A stretch of 34,700 bases of DNA. Origin: Octopus bimaculoides (taxonomy: Eukaryota). The DNA lies in the NCBI RefSeq assembly GCF_001194135.2, contig NC_068984.1, forward strand, positions 44,731,364 through 44,766,063, written 5' to 3'. The position numbers were made by a program, and so were the translations under genes. The notes under the pieces are model-generated. The model was not told where the DNA came from. It ran no database searches and was given only the letters and a program-made list of their open reading frames with translations. The number at the start of each line of letters is the position of its first letter. Positions within the stretch are counted from its first letter, which is position 1. Positions 1-11,942 of the stretch are shown here, one piece after another.

Positions 1-31
<31 letters not shown>

Positions 32-57
32 ATATATATTCATATATATATATATGA
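1..57. repeat. (TA)n microsatellite
   Basis: Direct reading of the sequence. Confidence 0.95.
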
Positions 58-629
58 GTATGCCCACACATACGTACATTCATACTTCACTAACACTAAT
101 TATACTATACCCTCAGGAGCAAGTGTCTTCTAATCGCGCGAGCGCGCTTGTTGATATCTATTTCTGAAGTACTTATAGAGCGTGATTTACAAATAAATAA
201 CTGCACCGAGTTATATCCATAAGCGTATATTATCGCTGTGATACTTTACAGCAACTTGAAGGACCTCCAGGGCAAAACTTCCCACCGACACTAAATATTT
301 GAAATGTATACTTTACATTCCTAACGGATAATTTGAAATGTAAGCTATACATTTGAAACTATATCCACAGTTTCAGCCGAGCAGTAAAATAATATATCAC
401 AAGTTTTATATCTCTAAGGGCAGAGAAAAAGGGATCAGTCTGAGTGGTTTCTGTTTATCTTAAATCGTTTTCAGAAAAAAACCCCCCCAGAAAAGTATCT
501 ATTTTTTGACAACGGAAAAATTAATAGCTTGTAGCTGTTTCCTTGCGTATACATGTTAGGGCTCAAACTGGTCCGTCTACTTTGAACAACAGTGCCAAAA
601 GAAACAGTACTTTGAACTACAGTGAACAA

Positions 630-1650
630 CATAGCCAAAAGAAAACTCATTAATATGAAATTCAGTGGAAACGACATTGCGATAAGAAGACAGTAAATAA
701 AAATTCCAGGGGCTCCTTCTACAGAAGCTGTTGATTCGTCTTGGAGAAAAATCCTTTGTGAGAAAAAGGAGCTTAATCAGGCAGGATACTGTATAACTAA
801 AAGAACCTTTCGTTTTATCCATTCAAAAGTATATTGTATCAATAGTGACGTTCTTCAGACTGTGATAAAAATCATATGGATGGGAAAACATCAGGAGGAG
901 ACTCGTTTGTCTAAGCGTGGTACGGAAAACTGACCTATTAACGATATCTGGACAGCCTAAATCAGTGGGATATCAGTGTTCGGTATTAGCAAAAACAAGT
1001 CTACACGTTTAAGCTACATAGTAACATAAGATTTGGAAACTAGTTTCTTGGTAATTATTCACTGGCTGACGACCAGAGACACGCACATAAGAATTTACAC
1101 TGCTCTCTCCCAAGAAAGTCTCGGATGAAAGACTTTTTACTCATCAGTAGAATCTAGTGCATAACGATTTTGTGAAAAAGCTTCAGAATGACAGTAATAT
1201 AAATAACCAAAGTGGTCCATCTTAGAATAATAACTACTGTTTTAGTTTTCAAGATAAGAGCCAATATATTTTCGAAAAATAAATGTCGATGTATTTTTGC
1301 AATATAAGAACAAATATTAGCAAAAACACAAAAAGGACTGGAATCCAAAGAAAAACGGAGATGGAATTAACAACGATGCGACTCAAATCATATGTAACTG
1401 TCTCATAATGTCATCATGGTGTTATCTACCTATGAGACACAGTGAAGTGTTCAAAATCCCAAACAGTAGACAATGTAATATCGAGAAAGTATGAGTCTGA
1501 AGATCGAAATATGAGAAGTTATTGTGGCAGGGAGAAAATAACCATCATTTACATAAAAGAATGGTAAAATGTTCTTGTCAGAAGATGTGGGAAATATAAA
1601 CCCAACATATCAGACATAATGATATCTGAGAAAGAGAAAAAAAGTGAGTT
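630..1650 (+). mobile_element. Highly decayed, internally deleted R4/Dong-type (RLE) non-LTR retrotransposon relic
   Basis: Manual translation across stops and frameshifts gives family-like motifs in the correct order. PSTEAVDSSWRKILCEKKELNQ (715-780) resembles the pre-RT P..EE.E.FW..IW motif. FAI*EQI (1296-1316) resembles FAIQEQEI. NNDATQIICNCLIMSSWCYLPMRHSEV (from 1369) resembles the zinc-knuckle/RHD region, followed by KEW*NV and KPNISDIMI (RLE PD motif). The RT core is missing. Boundaries are approximate. Confidence 0.6.
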
Positions 1651-2616
1651 CAAGCAAACGTTAACAAATTTAACGATAAAAGAATTAGGAAGCGACTAGG
1701 GTAAACTAAGGAAAAATATTTTCTCCCAATGCTTAAACGACTCTACCAGTTCGCTTACGTACACATGCAGAAGTCAAAGCATAAAAATTCACTCACACAA
1801 TGACATGCATGAATGCAAATATACATGCACAGAAATTCCAAAAAGAAACCTTGTGGGTTAGAGGTTTAAAGAGAAGCTTACTGTGATGGAGGTTTGAAGA
1901 GAATTTCGCGATACGGGATCAGAATTCAATACATGAACTAAAACGTTGCTATGTAAGCAAGGCTGTAGTTTGTGTAATAATACAATACTATATCGCATTT
2001 GACACTAAGAGTATAAAAGAGAAACAATGAGTAAAGATAATGAAATTGGCAATAGCAAAGTAAATAAATTTACTGCTAAACCAACTTAGTGGCAAGGATA
2101 ACATATCCTACGGGCATTGTCAAAGGCCTCGCACTAAATGCCTGTAACTTATTTGAGAATCGGTAATCCATCACATGCTTTATTACCAGAGTACTATACT
2201 ATTATACTACATCCAATTTTTATGAATGGCAGGTGGTTTAAAGTTTATCATCTGCACGGAATACTTACGAGACCCAATATATTTTAATTAAACAAATTAC
2301 GATGATCAAAGTGAACGGCAACAGTAAATGAGCAGATCGATATCATTTTCCATTGGGAGTTAATTACCAGACCTGTCATTCTATATCTCTGTTTCGGCTC
2401 ATTACACTTGTCATATGGTAATTGAGCTTAAGTGCTATTTTTCTCATAAGATCGGTTGACCGGAGAAGATTATTAGTAATATATTTAGTAGAGGTGGTTA
2501 GTATTATGGTGTCTATAGACAGTTTAATGTTAATCAACTCCATTTGTTCCAATCGTCACCTTTTAAACACATCGCGAAATTTTAAAGCAGTTAAGAAATA
2601 CTCACACAAGAGTGTA

Positions 2617-2697
2617 GGACAAATACCCTCTCCGAGGACATATCCGAGGGGTTTTGTCCTAACGGATTTTGTCCTAGCGGGGTTTTGTCCGGATCCC
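2617..2697. repeat. Short GC-rich element fragment with GGACAAA / TTTTGTCC inverted motifs (probable non-autonomous DNA-element relic)
   Basis: GGACAAATACC and GGACATATCC are followed by three copies of TTTTGTCC, ending in CCGGATCCC. A similar architecture occurs at about 3221-3332. Family not identified. Confidence 0.4.
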
Positions 2698-3102
2698 AAG
2701 AAACATTTATTGTATACAGTTTTTCATGCTTTTATGCAAAATGTTGCACATATAACAAATTTAAATACATATTAAAAATTAAATATTAAGAATGTTTTCA
2801 GTGTTAGACCTCAAAACCAAATTCACATTGTATGAGGAGAAAAATAATTAAACTTGTGAAGTTCAGTTTATCTAAGTGACAATGCCTTACGAGTATATTA
2901 GAGAATTTGTGTAATGCTGTAGCATTTACGTGATGTGCTTTTATGTTTGGCTTAAAAAGAAACAAAGGTTTATAGAGGGCCGCAGGTTCACCCATTGAAA
3001 ATTGTTTAAACTGCCTCCAAATGTCTCAAACACAAGAGTTGCTTGAAATAATAATGGAACTCTATTATTCATTTCAGTTACTCCACTCGTACTAGCTGGC
3101 AT

Positions 3103-3216
3103 ATCTGTCTGTCTGCCTATATGCCTGCCTGCCTGCCAACCTGCCTACCTACCTGCCTATTTAACCTACCTACCTATCTACATACATATACATACATACA
3201 TACATACATACATACA
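3103..3216. repeat. Compound tetranucleotide microsatellite (TGCC/TACC/TACA)
   Basis: Direct reading of the sequence. Confidence 0.9.
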
Positions 3217-3455
3217 TCGTATCAGAACAATTACTCCTCTTGGATAATTACTCCCTCTCCAATATATTGAGATGTTTTAAATCATCTGTTGTCCTCAGAG
3301 GTTATTGTCCATAGGGGTAAATGTCCTAGACTCACATACATACATATATAATACACACATACAAACGCACACACATGTCCGTACGAATGTAGGCATATAC
3401 TTTTTGTGATCTTTCATATACACCTAATTTTTTAAAAAAAGTTATTGTATTTCAG

Positions 3456-3466
3456 GTGAAGGCGAG
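3456..3466 (+). other. Candidate 11-nt microexon GTGAAGGCGAG of an unidentified host gene
   Basis: Branch-point-like CTAAT at 3424-3428, acceptor GTTATTGTATTTCAG ending at 3455, donor GAG|GTGAGT starting at 3467. No neighbouring exons identified. Confidence 0.45.
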
Positions 3467-3914
3467 GTGAGTTTAGACTTTTAGAAGTATCTGAAAGTAA
3501 TATAATATTTATAGTCGCAACACTACTAACGTTGGGAAGTTTCTCATCTAAGTTGCTATTTGTACTTACCCTGCTTATCAAACTAGTTTCGGAATTTCAT
3601 TTCCTAAACTTTGGTGGCCAAATCCTCTCAACCTATATCTTAGACGTTGGATAGTGCGATCTCGTGGTTCAGCGTTCACACACACTCACGAAAAGAAATT
3701 TAAAAGAAAAAAAGGATAAAATGGACGGTCACGGTTGGAATGCCTTTAGTTATAGGTCTGCTCGAACATTGCTGGCCTGGTGTTAAAATCAACAAATTAT
3801 CGCCAAGATAGTTTTTTTTAGATAAACATTACAGTATAAACATTTCATAAAACTAACATATATATAATAAGATAGGAATCTCTATAAACTTTTCACTTAG
3901 AAATACTTTGAAGA

Positions 3915-4062
3915 CGATATAGTGGCTTTAATCGATCCTGTACTTCATTGTTACATACTTCATCGACCCCTTAAAAGATGAAAAACAGAAGATCTCAAAT
4001 GAGACATGAATTCAAAACATAAATATCTACTGCAAAGTATTCTACACCCTCGATTCTGCCAT
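3915..4062 (-). mobile_element. Old degenerate tRNA-derived SINE fragment (family C)
   Basis: Recognisable similarity to the 29080-29270 copy (atcgacccc...aaagatgaaa...gaattcaaaac...gattctgcc). Confidence 0.45.
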
Positions 4063-4884
4063 AATAATAATGCGGCGTTAATGGCTCTGGAAAATGTAGT
4101 TTGAACATCACAAAATCACGTTCTCCTCTCTTTAAAAATAAAAATGGCGTCCCGAATGCTAAGTGAAAGGCAACTTGTATGAGTGTACTTTTAGGGAGAA
4201 CGAATTTGATATTTTCCTTTAAGTTTTGCTCCCTTTGTTTTTGTGTTTATTTTTATATCAAATATTTTCCTTTCATTTTCTTTTGTTTTCATTTTCTTTC
4301 ATTTTTTTTTTCAATGTTTTCTAACCTTCTTTCTATCTTCCCTTTATTTTCTTCTTTATTGTATGATTTTTTTTTCTGCTTCTGTCAAAAATATTACGAT
4401 TTTAAAAGTAACCAGCGACAAGGAAAGGAGAAAATAAAAAAGATAAACAGTAAATAAACTGAAAAAATAAATAAAAATAAAAAGCGCAATAAACACAACA
4501 GCAGTAACATGCCATGCAAAACAACCATAGTAGAAAAAATATAGGAAGGAAAGAAAAAAAACCCCGCTAAAAACCAAATAAATAAAGAAAACAAAAATTT
4601 CTCTGTCATTTTTGTTAATGGAAAATAGTCTTTCTGTGTCAATGGAGAAGTTTTGCCTGCTTCTTTCCTGACTGCCGCCTTAAATGTCCTACTTTATTTA
4701 CGTTGACGGAATTGGAACGAAGTCCTACAAAATGTTAGCTGATGTTTTAAATACAGCAGACGATAAAACACATTATTTCGCACGCGCCTCATTCATACAT
4801 CTACACATACATACACACACATAAACACGTGCATACTTATGCATGCACACACGTAGACATGTGTATGTCTGTGTATGTATTTTG

Positions 4885-4924
<40 letters not shown>

Positions 4925-4969
4925 ATGTGTGTACGTGCTTATGTATTTTGATATATGTGTGTGTATGTG

Positions 4970-5001
<32 letters not shown>

Positions 5002-5496
5002 TGAAGAGAGGAAGACAGATAGTGAGAAAGAAGTAGCAAGGAAGATGAAAGCACTGGGGAGAGGGAGAGAGTGTAATTAAAAATAATAATTCTATCCTCT
5101 ACTGTATAAAACATAGACATGTACATGGGCACACCTCAAAGAATTTCATTCGTACATAAGTGCGAACGCACTCACACATTCATACTCGTATTCTACTCAT
5201 ATTCATACACACGCGCTCAGAGCCATTCATAATTACCCTCACACATTATGTACACCTACTCTTGATTTCGTTGAAACACAATGGCCTTGTAAAGAAATTA
5301 CACGCATTCACTAATTTACACGTACCGCCACGAGACGACTAGGGAACCAGTATGTGGCTGTTCAGTTTGCTAGAAATAGCAGCTGAATTCTCTCAAATCA
5401 CATAAAATGGGCATGTTAGATAACGTAGTTTTGAAACCCTTTAAACTAGTACACGATCAACATGCAGTTTGCTGCTGGCACTCCGTCGCTTACGAC

Positions 5497-6246
5497 GGAT
5501 CTTTGTGATTTGACGGGCAACACTTGTTTTCTTAACGAAACACTTTCAAACTTGGGACACTGGTAGAATGTGTTATATAAAACAACTTCTTCTCTTAACA
5601 AAAAATTGTACATCGCAAGATATTTCATGTTAAAGTTGTCGTATTTCTGTAATTTCAACCAATCACTGACGTCTATTCAGCTGAATACAGTTAGTGCTGT
5701 TCGGTGTCAAGTGTGTTATTCCCTGTTTAATTATATCATTATTCCCTAGTAAGGGTTTAGGGTTTTAGGGTNNNNNNNNNNGGGTTAGGGTTGGGGTTAG
5801 GGTTAGGGTTAGGGTTATGGTTATGAGTTATAGGGTTAGAGTTAAGGTTATGGCAAAAATAATCATAACCCTAACCGTAATCCTAAAACTAACCCTAACT
5901 CTAAAACCCGAACCCTAACCCTAAAACCAAAACCAGTACAAACGCACGAACGATGTCAAAAATAGGAGTAACACGGGTAGTTGTTGTTGACAAACAACGG
6001 GACTAATTTTATTCAAGGGAAAAGATCCCATGACACCATTACGGCATTAATTGTTTTCACCTCAATAGACGTCAGTGATTGGTTGAAATTACCGAAATAC
6101 GACAATTTTTTACATAAAATAACTTGGAATACAAAATTTTTTATCTGTTCTATACCACAAAATATACAAGTATTCGAAGTTTGAAAGTGTTTCGGTACCA
6201 AAAACACTACATAAAAAAATGTTAGCCGTCAAATCACAAAGATCCC
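5497..6246. mobile_element. Non-autonomous foldback/MITE-like element with long inverted arms and a telomeric-repeat core
   Basis: Perfect inverted blocks: GGATCTTTGTGATTTGACGG 5497-5516 / 6226-6245 (20 bp); 5536-5553 / 6177-6194 (18 bp); 5649-5677 / 6064-6092 (29 bp). No coding capacity. Confidence 0.85.
5752..5934. repeat. Degenerate interstitial telomeric repeats, (TTAGGG)n then (CCCTAA)n
   Basis: G-rich array about 5752-5853 (contains a 10-N gap), a 10-nt spacer, then a C-rich array about 5864-5934. Confidence 0.9.
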
Positions 6247-7247
6247 TTACGGCGTGAAATTAACGTGCAAGTGGCTGAGCACTCCACAGACATGTGTACC
6301 CTTAACGTAGTTCTCGGGGATATTCAGCGTGACACAGTGTGACAAGGCTGACCCTTTGAATTACAGGCACAACAGAAAGTAAGAGTGAGAGAAAGTTGTG
6401 GCGAAAGAGTACAGCCGGAGCCTCGTGGAGCTTTTAGGTGTTTTCGCTCAATAAACACTCACAACGCCCGGTCTGGGAATCGAAACCGCGATCCTATGAC
6501 CGCGAGTCCACTGCCCTAACCACTGGGCCATTGCGCCTCCACTTAATATGCAGTTTACTACAATGAATAAGAGCAAATGGTCATAAATTGCAATAGAAAC
6601 GGGAAGTAACAACCATAATTTCATGTCAACAATGTATGCGATATTATCAGTATATAGCAATATGAAAGCTGTACGTTTTTCGCTAATATTTATAAGATGA
6701 AAACAATCAAATTTACGGGAAAACATAACAGTCATTGGTGCATGAAATGAGATTGGTGGATAGTCTTTGACAATCTCTAAATTTGTTTCATCACTCATGC
6801 TAATGACGATATCATGTAAATAAGTCATTACTAGTCACGCACTGTTGCCTCAGTGTCTTCTTGGCGAGCATCTATAGCCCTTCTGTTGCCCCTTCTGGTT
6901 CCTATTTCAATTTACTGTACAAGGACACAGGCCGAGATGGATCTCCACACGTTTCGACGATGATTATTCGGATGTTTGATCAACTGAACCAACTGCCGAT
7001 TGAATGGAATTCGTACGCAAGTGAATAAACATTCCACAGATATGTGGAATGTACGCTTCACTCCCAAAGGGAATCAGCCCCTACACAGTGTAAGACAAGG
7101 GTGGACCTTTAAATTATAGCCACGATCCATCAGTTGATGGAACAACTGAATACTCGTCATCGATACCGACGGAGGTCTATTTTAAACATACCAATATATA
7201 GGTTACTCGACTGGACAATTGATTTGATCTGAGCCAGCCAGGCTTTA

Positions 7248-7668
7248 GGCGCGAACATGGCTGTGTGATTAAGAAGCTTGCTTCGTAACTGCATAGTTTG
7301 GGGTTGAGTCCCACTGCATGGTACTTTGGGCAAGTATCTTCTATAGCCTCGGATTGACTAATGCCCTGTGAGTGAACTTGTTAGACAGAAGCTGCGTGGA
7401 AGCCTGTCGTATGCAAAATATGTGGATGTGCGTTTTATTTGTGTATGGTATCTCGTGTATTTCTTTTCGTGTTTGCCCACCTCACTGCATGACAATCAGT
7501 GTTGGTTTGTTTACATTTCCGTAATTTAGCAGTTCGGTAAAAAGAACCGACAAAATATGTAGCAGGCTTAAAAATAAGTACAGAAGGTTGATTTGTTCGA
7601 CTAAACACTTTAAGGCAGTATTCCAGCATGGTCGCAGTCTAATGTCTGGAACAAGAACAAGATAAAAG
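7248..7668 (+). mobile_element. tRNA-derived SINE (family B, CORE-like domain), full-length but diverged
   Basis: Head GGCGCGAACATGGCTGTGTGATTAAGAAGC, B-box-like GGTTGAGTCCC, TTGGGCAAGTATCTTCT core and tail CAGCATGGTCGCAGTC...AAGATAAAAG. Homologous to the copies at 9855, 13815, 16467, 26767 and 28320. Confidence 0.85.
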
Positions 7669-7989
7669 TTAATGATAAGCAACAAGAATTTCCACATCAA
7701 CAGTGATATTTACTTAAAACGAAAGCAACAAGAAAATTGCGGCAAAGCTGCGTGATCGTGGTATTAAATGTGGCAATACATATACTAAAATTGATATTAA
7801 ACGTGGCATGCAGACCATGATATAACTTGCTTGACACGCGCATTGCGTTTTTATTCTTCTCTTCCGTTTTATTTTGACATGCGCATTGCTTGTTCATACT
7901 TCACTTTCCGGTTCCTTCTCAAAACCGTTTACAGATCACAACCATCTCACGATCTTGCGGTCGTGAGGAGCACTGCGCACTCCGATGGT

Positions 7990-8650
7990 TGTGAAAAAAG
8001 ATAAAAGCTTGACTACGATTCAAATGGTATTTGAATGTCGTATCACATCCTTTTAACAATACCTAAAATAAGTACTAATGATGTCTGCGTACATGAGAGC
8101 TGGAAAGAAAGTTTCAGAAAATATTCCCTGACTTTTGACCGATGATATACAACCATCCAAGAAAATTTGTACAATTTTGCTGCGATAAATCATTCGAGAA
8201 AAAGCTTTCTATTTACCAGTAAATCGTGTATGTCTATGCTGTCAATAAGCTTCAAATGAGAGTAACATAACATTTGTAGTGTATCTTGGACCATAACTGA
8301 CTCGTATATTAGCTTTTACTTTGAACGGTATGGTTTTGAATTCCAAGGAACGGAAATGAAAACGAAATGCATACTGAACAAAAGGAATAGAGATATGAAT
8401 TAAAGACTTAAATGCGGCAACCAAACTAAAGTCTACGGAATTAACAACAACGAAGCTGACCACATCATAAGCAGCTGCCCGAAAATGTCATCAGGTCACT
8501 AACTACGTAACAGGCATGAAGTCATAGCCGAAACATTATACAATGCAGTCGGTAAAGAGTATATTCATATTCTGAAAGCCAAAATTTTAAAAGGCAACGA
8601 TGGGAAAGGCATACTGCTTATTCATATATCGAAGAATACTGGTGCAATAT
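7990..8650 (+). mobile_element. Decayed R4/Dong-type LINE fragment (post-RT region, zinc knuckle)
   Basis: Translation gives VFECRITS, SWTITDSYISFYFERYGFEFQGTEMKTKCILNKRNRD, then [26 protein letters not shown] from 8461, and EYWCNI. Same region and family type as 1296-1650. Confidence 0.75.
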
Positions 8651-8657
8651 ACTGTGT

Positions 8658-8667
8658 ATGCGTGTAT

Positions 8668-8698
<31 letters not shown>

Positions 8699-8735
8699 AG
8701 TGTGTGCGTGTGTGTTCGTGTGTGTGCGTGTGTGT

Positions 8736-8770
<35 letters not shown>

Positions 8771-8882
8771 TGTGTGTGTATGAATGTAAAGCTATAATGT
8801 TCTAAAAGAAATATCTCGGAGTGGTCAGGTCATGAATTTGCACAAGGACGAAGGAAGCTATACATATATATACATACATAGA

Positions 8883-8966
<84 letters not shown>

Positions 8967-8978
8967 CTCTCCCCCCTA

Positions 8979-9033
<55 letters not shown>

Positions 9034-9092
9034 ATGTATGTATGTTTGTATGTATGTATGTATGTATGTATGTATGCATGTATGTGAGTGTG

Positions 9093-9130
<38 letters not shown>
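8658..9130. repeat. Microsatellite cluster (GT)n, (CT)n, (ATCT)n, (ATGT)n, (GT)n
   Basis: Direct reading. Explains the spurious ORFs at 8600-9288. Confidence 0.95.
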
Positions 9131-9131
<1 letters not shown>

Positions 9132-9854
9132 TTATTTATTTATTTATCTACATGGCTGCGTGTATGTAGGCACGTACATACCTACAACGTTCATGAGCCA
9201 CAGCACGAAGAAAAACAGTGTCAGAGAGATAACGAGGAAGGGGGTGGTGGTGAGAGATAGACCGAATATATTTTTTAAATGCCATTAACGGTTATCTGTT
9301 ATCAATCTTGTATTTGGAGAAAAGCTGTCAAAACATATATTAAATGTTCCTTATTTATTTCCTACAACTTGTAGATTCAGATATCAGGTGGAGAAATTAG
9401 AGTTTTAGTACTTTTAGGGCCAGCAAAGGGTCAGAAACTACTCTTGAGATATTAAAAAGAGGTTTGAAAGGAATGTTAGTGTGCTCACTGTGTCATTTTT
9501 CAGCATTTTTCAGTCACGTTAATGTGACAAGATGTATACTGCGAGTGCGTGCGTGTGTGTGATACGCGCATACATATATTACACATGTACGCATTACCTA
9601 CGCCCGTATATTCATGCATGTGTGTGTGTGCACGAACACATATACACACATACATGCATTTTATATATTTGATATATGTTTGTACGTGCGGAAGTACATA
9701 TACACATCCTGAACACCTTCTTTGTGAATAGTTTGAATCCTGGGAAGAAGATCTTACATAAATCTGGGAAAAAAAAACCCCACGTACAACATACGAAGTT
9801 AGACACACGTATACATATACAAACTTACGTACATATATAAATACATACTTGTGT

Positions 9855-10012
9855 ATACGACGGGTTTCTTTCTGTTTTCGTCTACCAAATCCATTCACAA
9901 GGCTTTGGTCGGCGCACGGTTATAGTAAAAGACTCTTACCTAAGGTGCCATGCAGTTGGACTGAACCCAGAACCACGTGGCTGAGAAGCAAAATTCTTAC
10001 AACACTGCCACG
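9855..10012 (-). mobile_element. SINE family B, 5' half
   Basis: Reverse complement reads CGTGGCAGTGTTGTAAGAATTTTGCTTCTCAGCCACGTGGTTCTGGGTTCAGTCC...GGCACCTTAGGTAAG...CCCGTCGTAT. Confidence 0.85.
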
Positions 10013-11942
10013 ACAGTATTGACTTTGCAGGATCTCAGCCATATCTTTGGCATCACTGTGAAGGATGCCGTTTCCGTCAACCAGTGGTCCGAAAGAGGAA
10101 ACTGTGAGCTTATGTATTTTTGCAAAGGATTAAAAGACCTTAGGAATATTCTTGTTGCTTTTAATAGCCCAGGCTTCTTCTGCAGCTCTTTGGTCGTTTA
10201 TGAGGGTTCTCATACAGTCCTGCAGTTGTTGTTTCCTTGATTCCAAGGTTGTTAATGTTCTCGATTGAGGGTGATGCTGATGGTGGTATTTTAGGGTATT
10301 GATTTTTCGGTTTATTCAAAAATTCTCCTGGTGAGGGATTTTCTCTGTTTTGGAATCCTGCATCTACTGTTGGTTTTGAGCATATGTGGGTGACTGTGTC
10401 TTCAAATAGTTGTCATGCGTTTGTGTTTGTTGTGGTATTGGAGGAAGCAAGGGTGAAGGACCAGTCCACTTGCGATAAGTCTTGAGTGATTGCACCCCAG
10501 TTTGACTTGTGTAAATTTACGTTATCAAATGGGTGCACTAGAGTTAGTGATTTATGCCAAATTTTTGTTGAATATTGAGGTTACAGAGTACTATGTCATG
10601 ATCGGACATGAGGGTTCTTTCCAATGTGATGTTATGAATAGTGTTAGCATGGTTGCTTAGCACGAGGTCGGAGACACTTTGGTTATGTCTGGTTGGTTTA
10701 TGGACAGGAAAAAAACTATCCATAAATTTAAAAAGTAACTCCACTGCTGCTTTGTCTGAGCTTGAGATGAAGGTTCCTGGTCTAACAATATTAGTGGACC
10801 AGTCTACAGAGGATAGGTTGAAGTCGCCCATCATCAGAATATTTCCTGGGTTATATTGCAGGAGGAAAGATTTGATCTTCTCGAGGCACTCTTGGAAATA
10901 ATGTAAGGGTACTTGTGGGGGTCTGTAGAGCCCAATTACAGACAGGTCTTTACCCTCGTTGTGTAGAGAGACTGATTCGCAGTAGCCGTTGGAGAAAATG
11001 TCCTTGGTATCTGCGCTGACAGAATCATGGAGGAAAACAGCAAGTCCACTCTTTCTTCGGCCTGCTCGATCAGCACGAATGACAGTGAAGTCTCTGATTT
11101 TCAGTTCAGCCTCTAAATGACAGTCGTTTAGGTGGGTTTCAGTTAGGACAAAGAAAGGGATTGGATGCGAGTGTGCTGCAATCCATCCCTCAATTTAGGG
11201 TATTTTCCATTTTTGAGCCTTGATGGCTGGGTTGATACTTTGGGCATTAAGGAGGAATGTCGTTATTAACGCAGCAGCTTCTTTGCGTTTCTTCAGTATC
11301 TGCACATCATGCTTGTTGTTGTTGCTACTTAGTGGCAGCAGCAAGGGTGTTTTTTGTCTTGGGTTGGTAGTAGAGGTTGAATACTTCTCTGGGTTTCTTT
11401 CGCCAGGTTCAACATGGCTAAAAAAGATTGGTTTCTCGAGTCACTGCAGTTGCTGCTGCACTGCTGTATGCGACCGCAATTAATGTTATTACTACCTTTG
11501 TTTTTTCGGCTGGGTTTTCTGTGTCCCCGGTTTATGTGGGGAAAGGAACCATTTTTTGCTGTAGGAGGTGATACAGTTATTGTGGTGAATGGAGTTTGTG
11601 GAGTTGGGATAAGGAGCAGGTGTGGTGTGGTTGTATCTGTTGGTGGGAGCACTCACAATATTACCACTTTTCTTAGTGCCACTATATTTACTAATGGAGC
11701 GTCTAGTTCCCGGTTGGTGAGTAAAGGGGCAGCTTTGTTGCAAACATAATCTCTCATGAAGAGAATGGCGGCAGATATTGGGATTCCGTTTTGTAAGAGG
11801 AGTGTGATGTGGTTGCCTGTTCATGGATGTTCCATAGTTGATGCGTCTAGTTCCTGGGAGGTGAGTGAAAAGACAGTCTTGTCGCAAACACTTCCCCCCA
11901 CGGAGGGAATAACGGCAGATTTTTGGGTTCTGTTTTGTTTTG

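Larger units (their letters stand above)
5471..6542 (-). mobile_element. tRNA-derived SINE (family A, (CAA)n-type tail), split by a foldback insertion
   Basis: The minus-strand head has A box TGGCCCAGTGG and B box GTTTCGATTCC. The tail piece 5471-5497 and body 6253-6542 match the intact copy at 29453-29841. A 14-bp target-site duplication with 2 mismatches flanks it: TCAACATGCAGTTT (5457-5470) and TTAATATGCAGTTT (6543-6556). Confidence 0.9.

Noticed and set aside
1120-1150. Minus-strand CTGATGAG near GAGAC as a hammerhead
   Set aside because: GAAA is replaced by GAGA, and neither stem I nor stem II pairs.
5752-5934. True ancestral telomere-telomere chromosome fusion site
   Set aside because: The array is short, lies inside inverted arms of an element, and that element interrupts a SINE with an intact target-site duplication.
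6470-6542. tRNA gene (also at 29770-29841)
   Set aside because: The A/B boxes belong to SINE heads continuing into SINE bodies, and there is no proper cloverleaf acceptor stem.
6448-6828. 126-aa minus-strand ORF with KDYPPIS resembling the RT motif NYRPIS
   Set aside because: Only one weak motif, and the C-terminal part is simply the SINE head. Insufficient support for a call.
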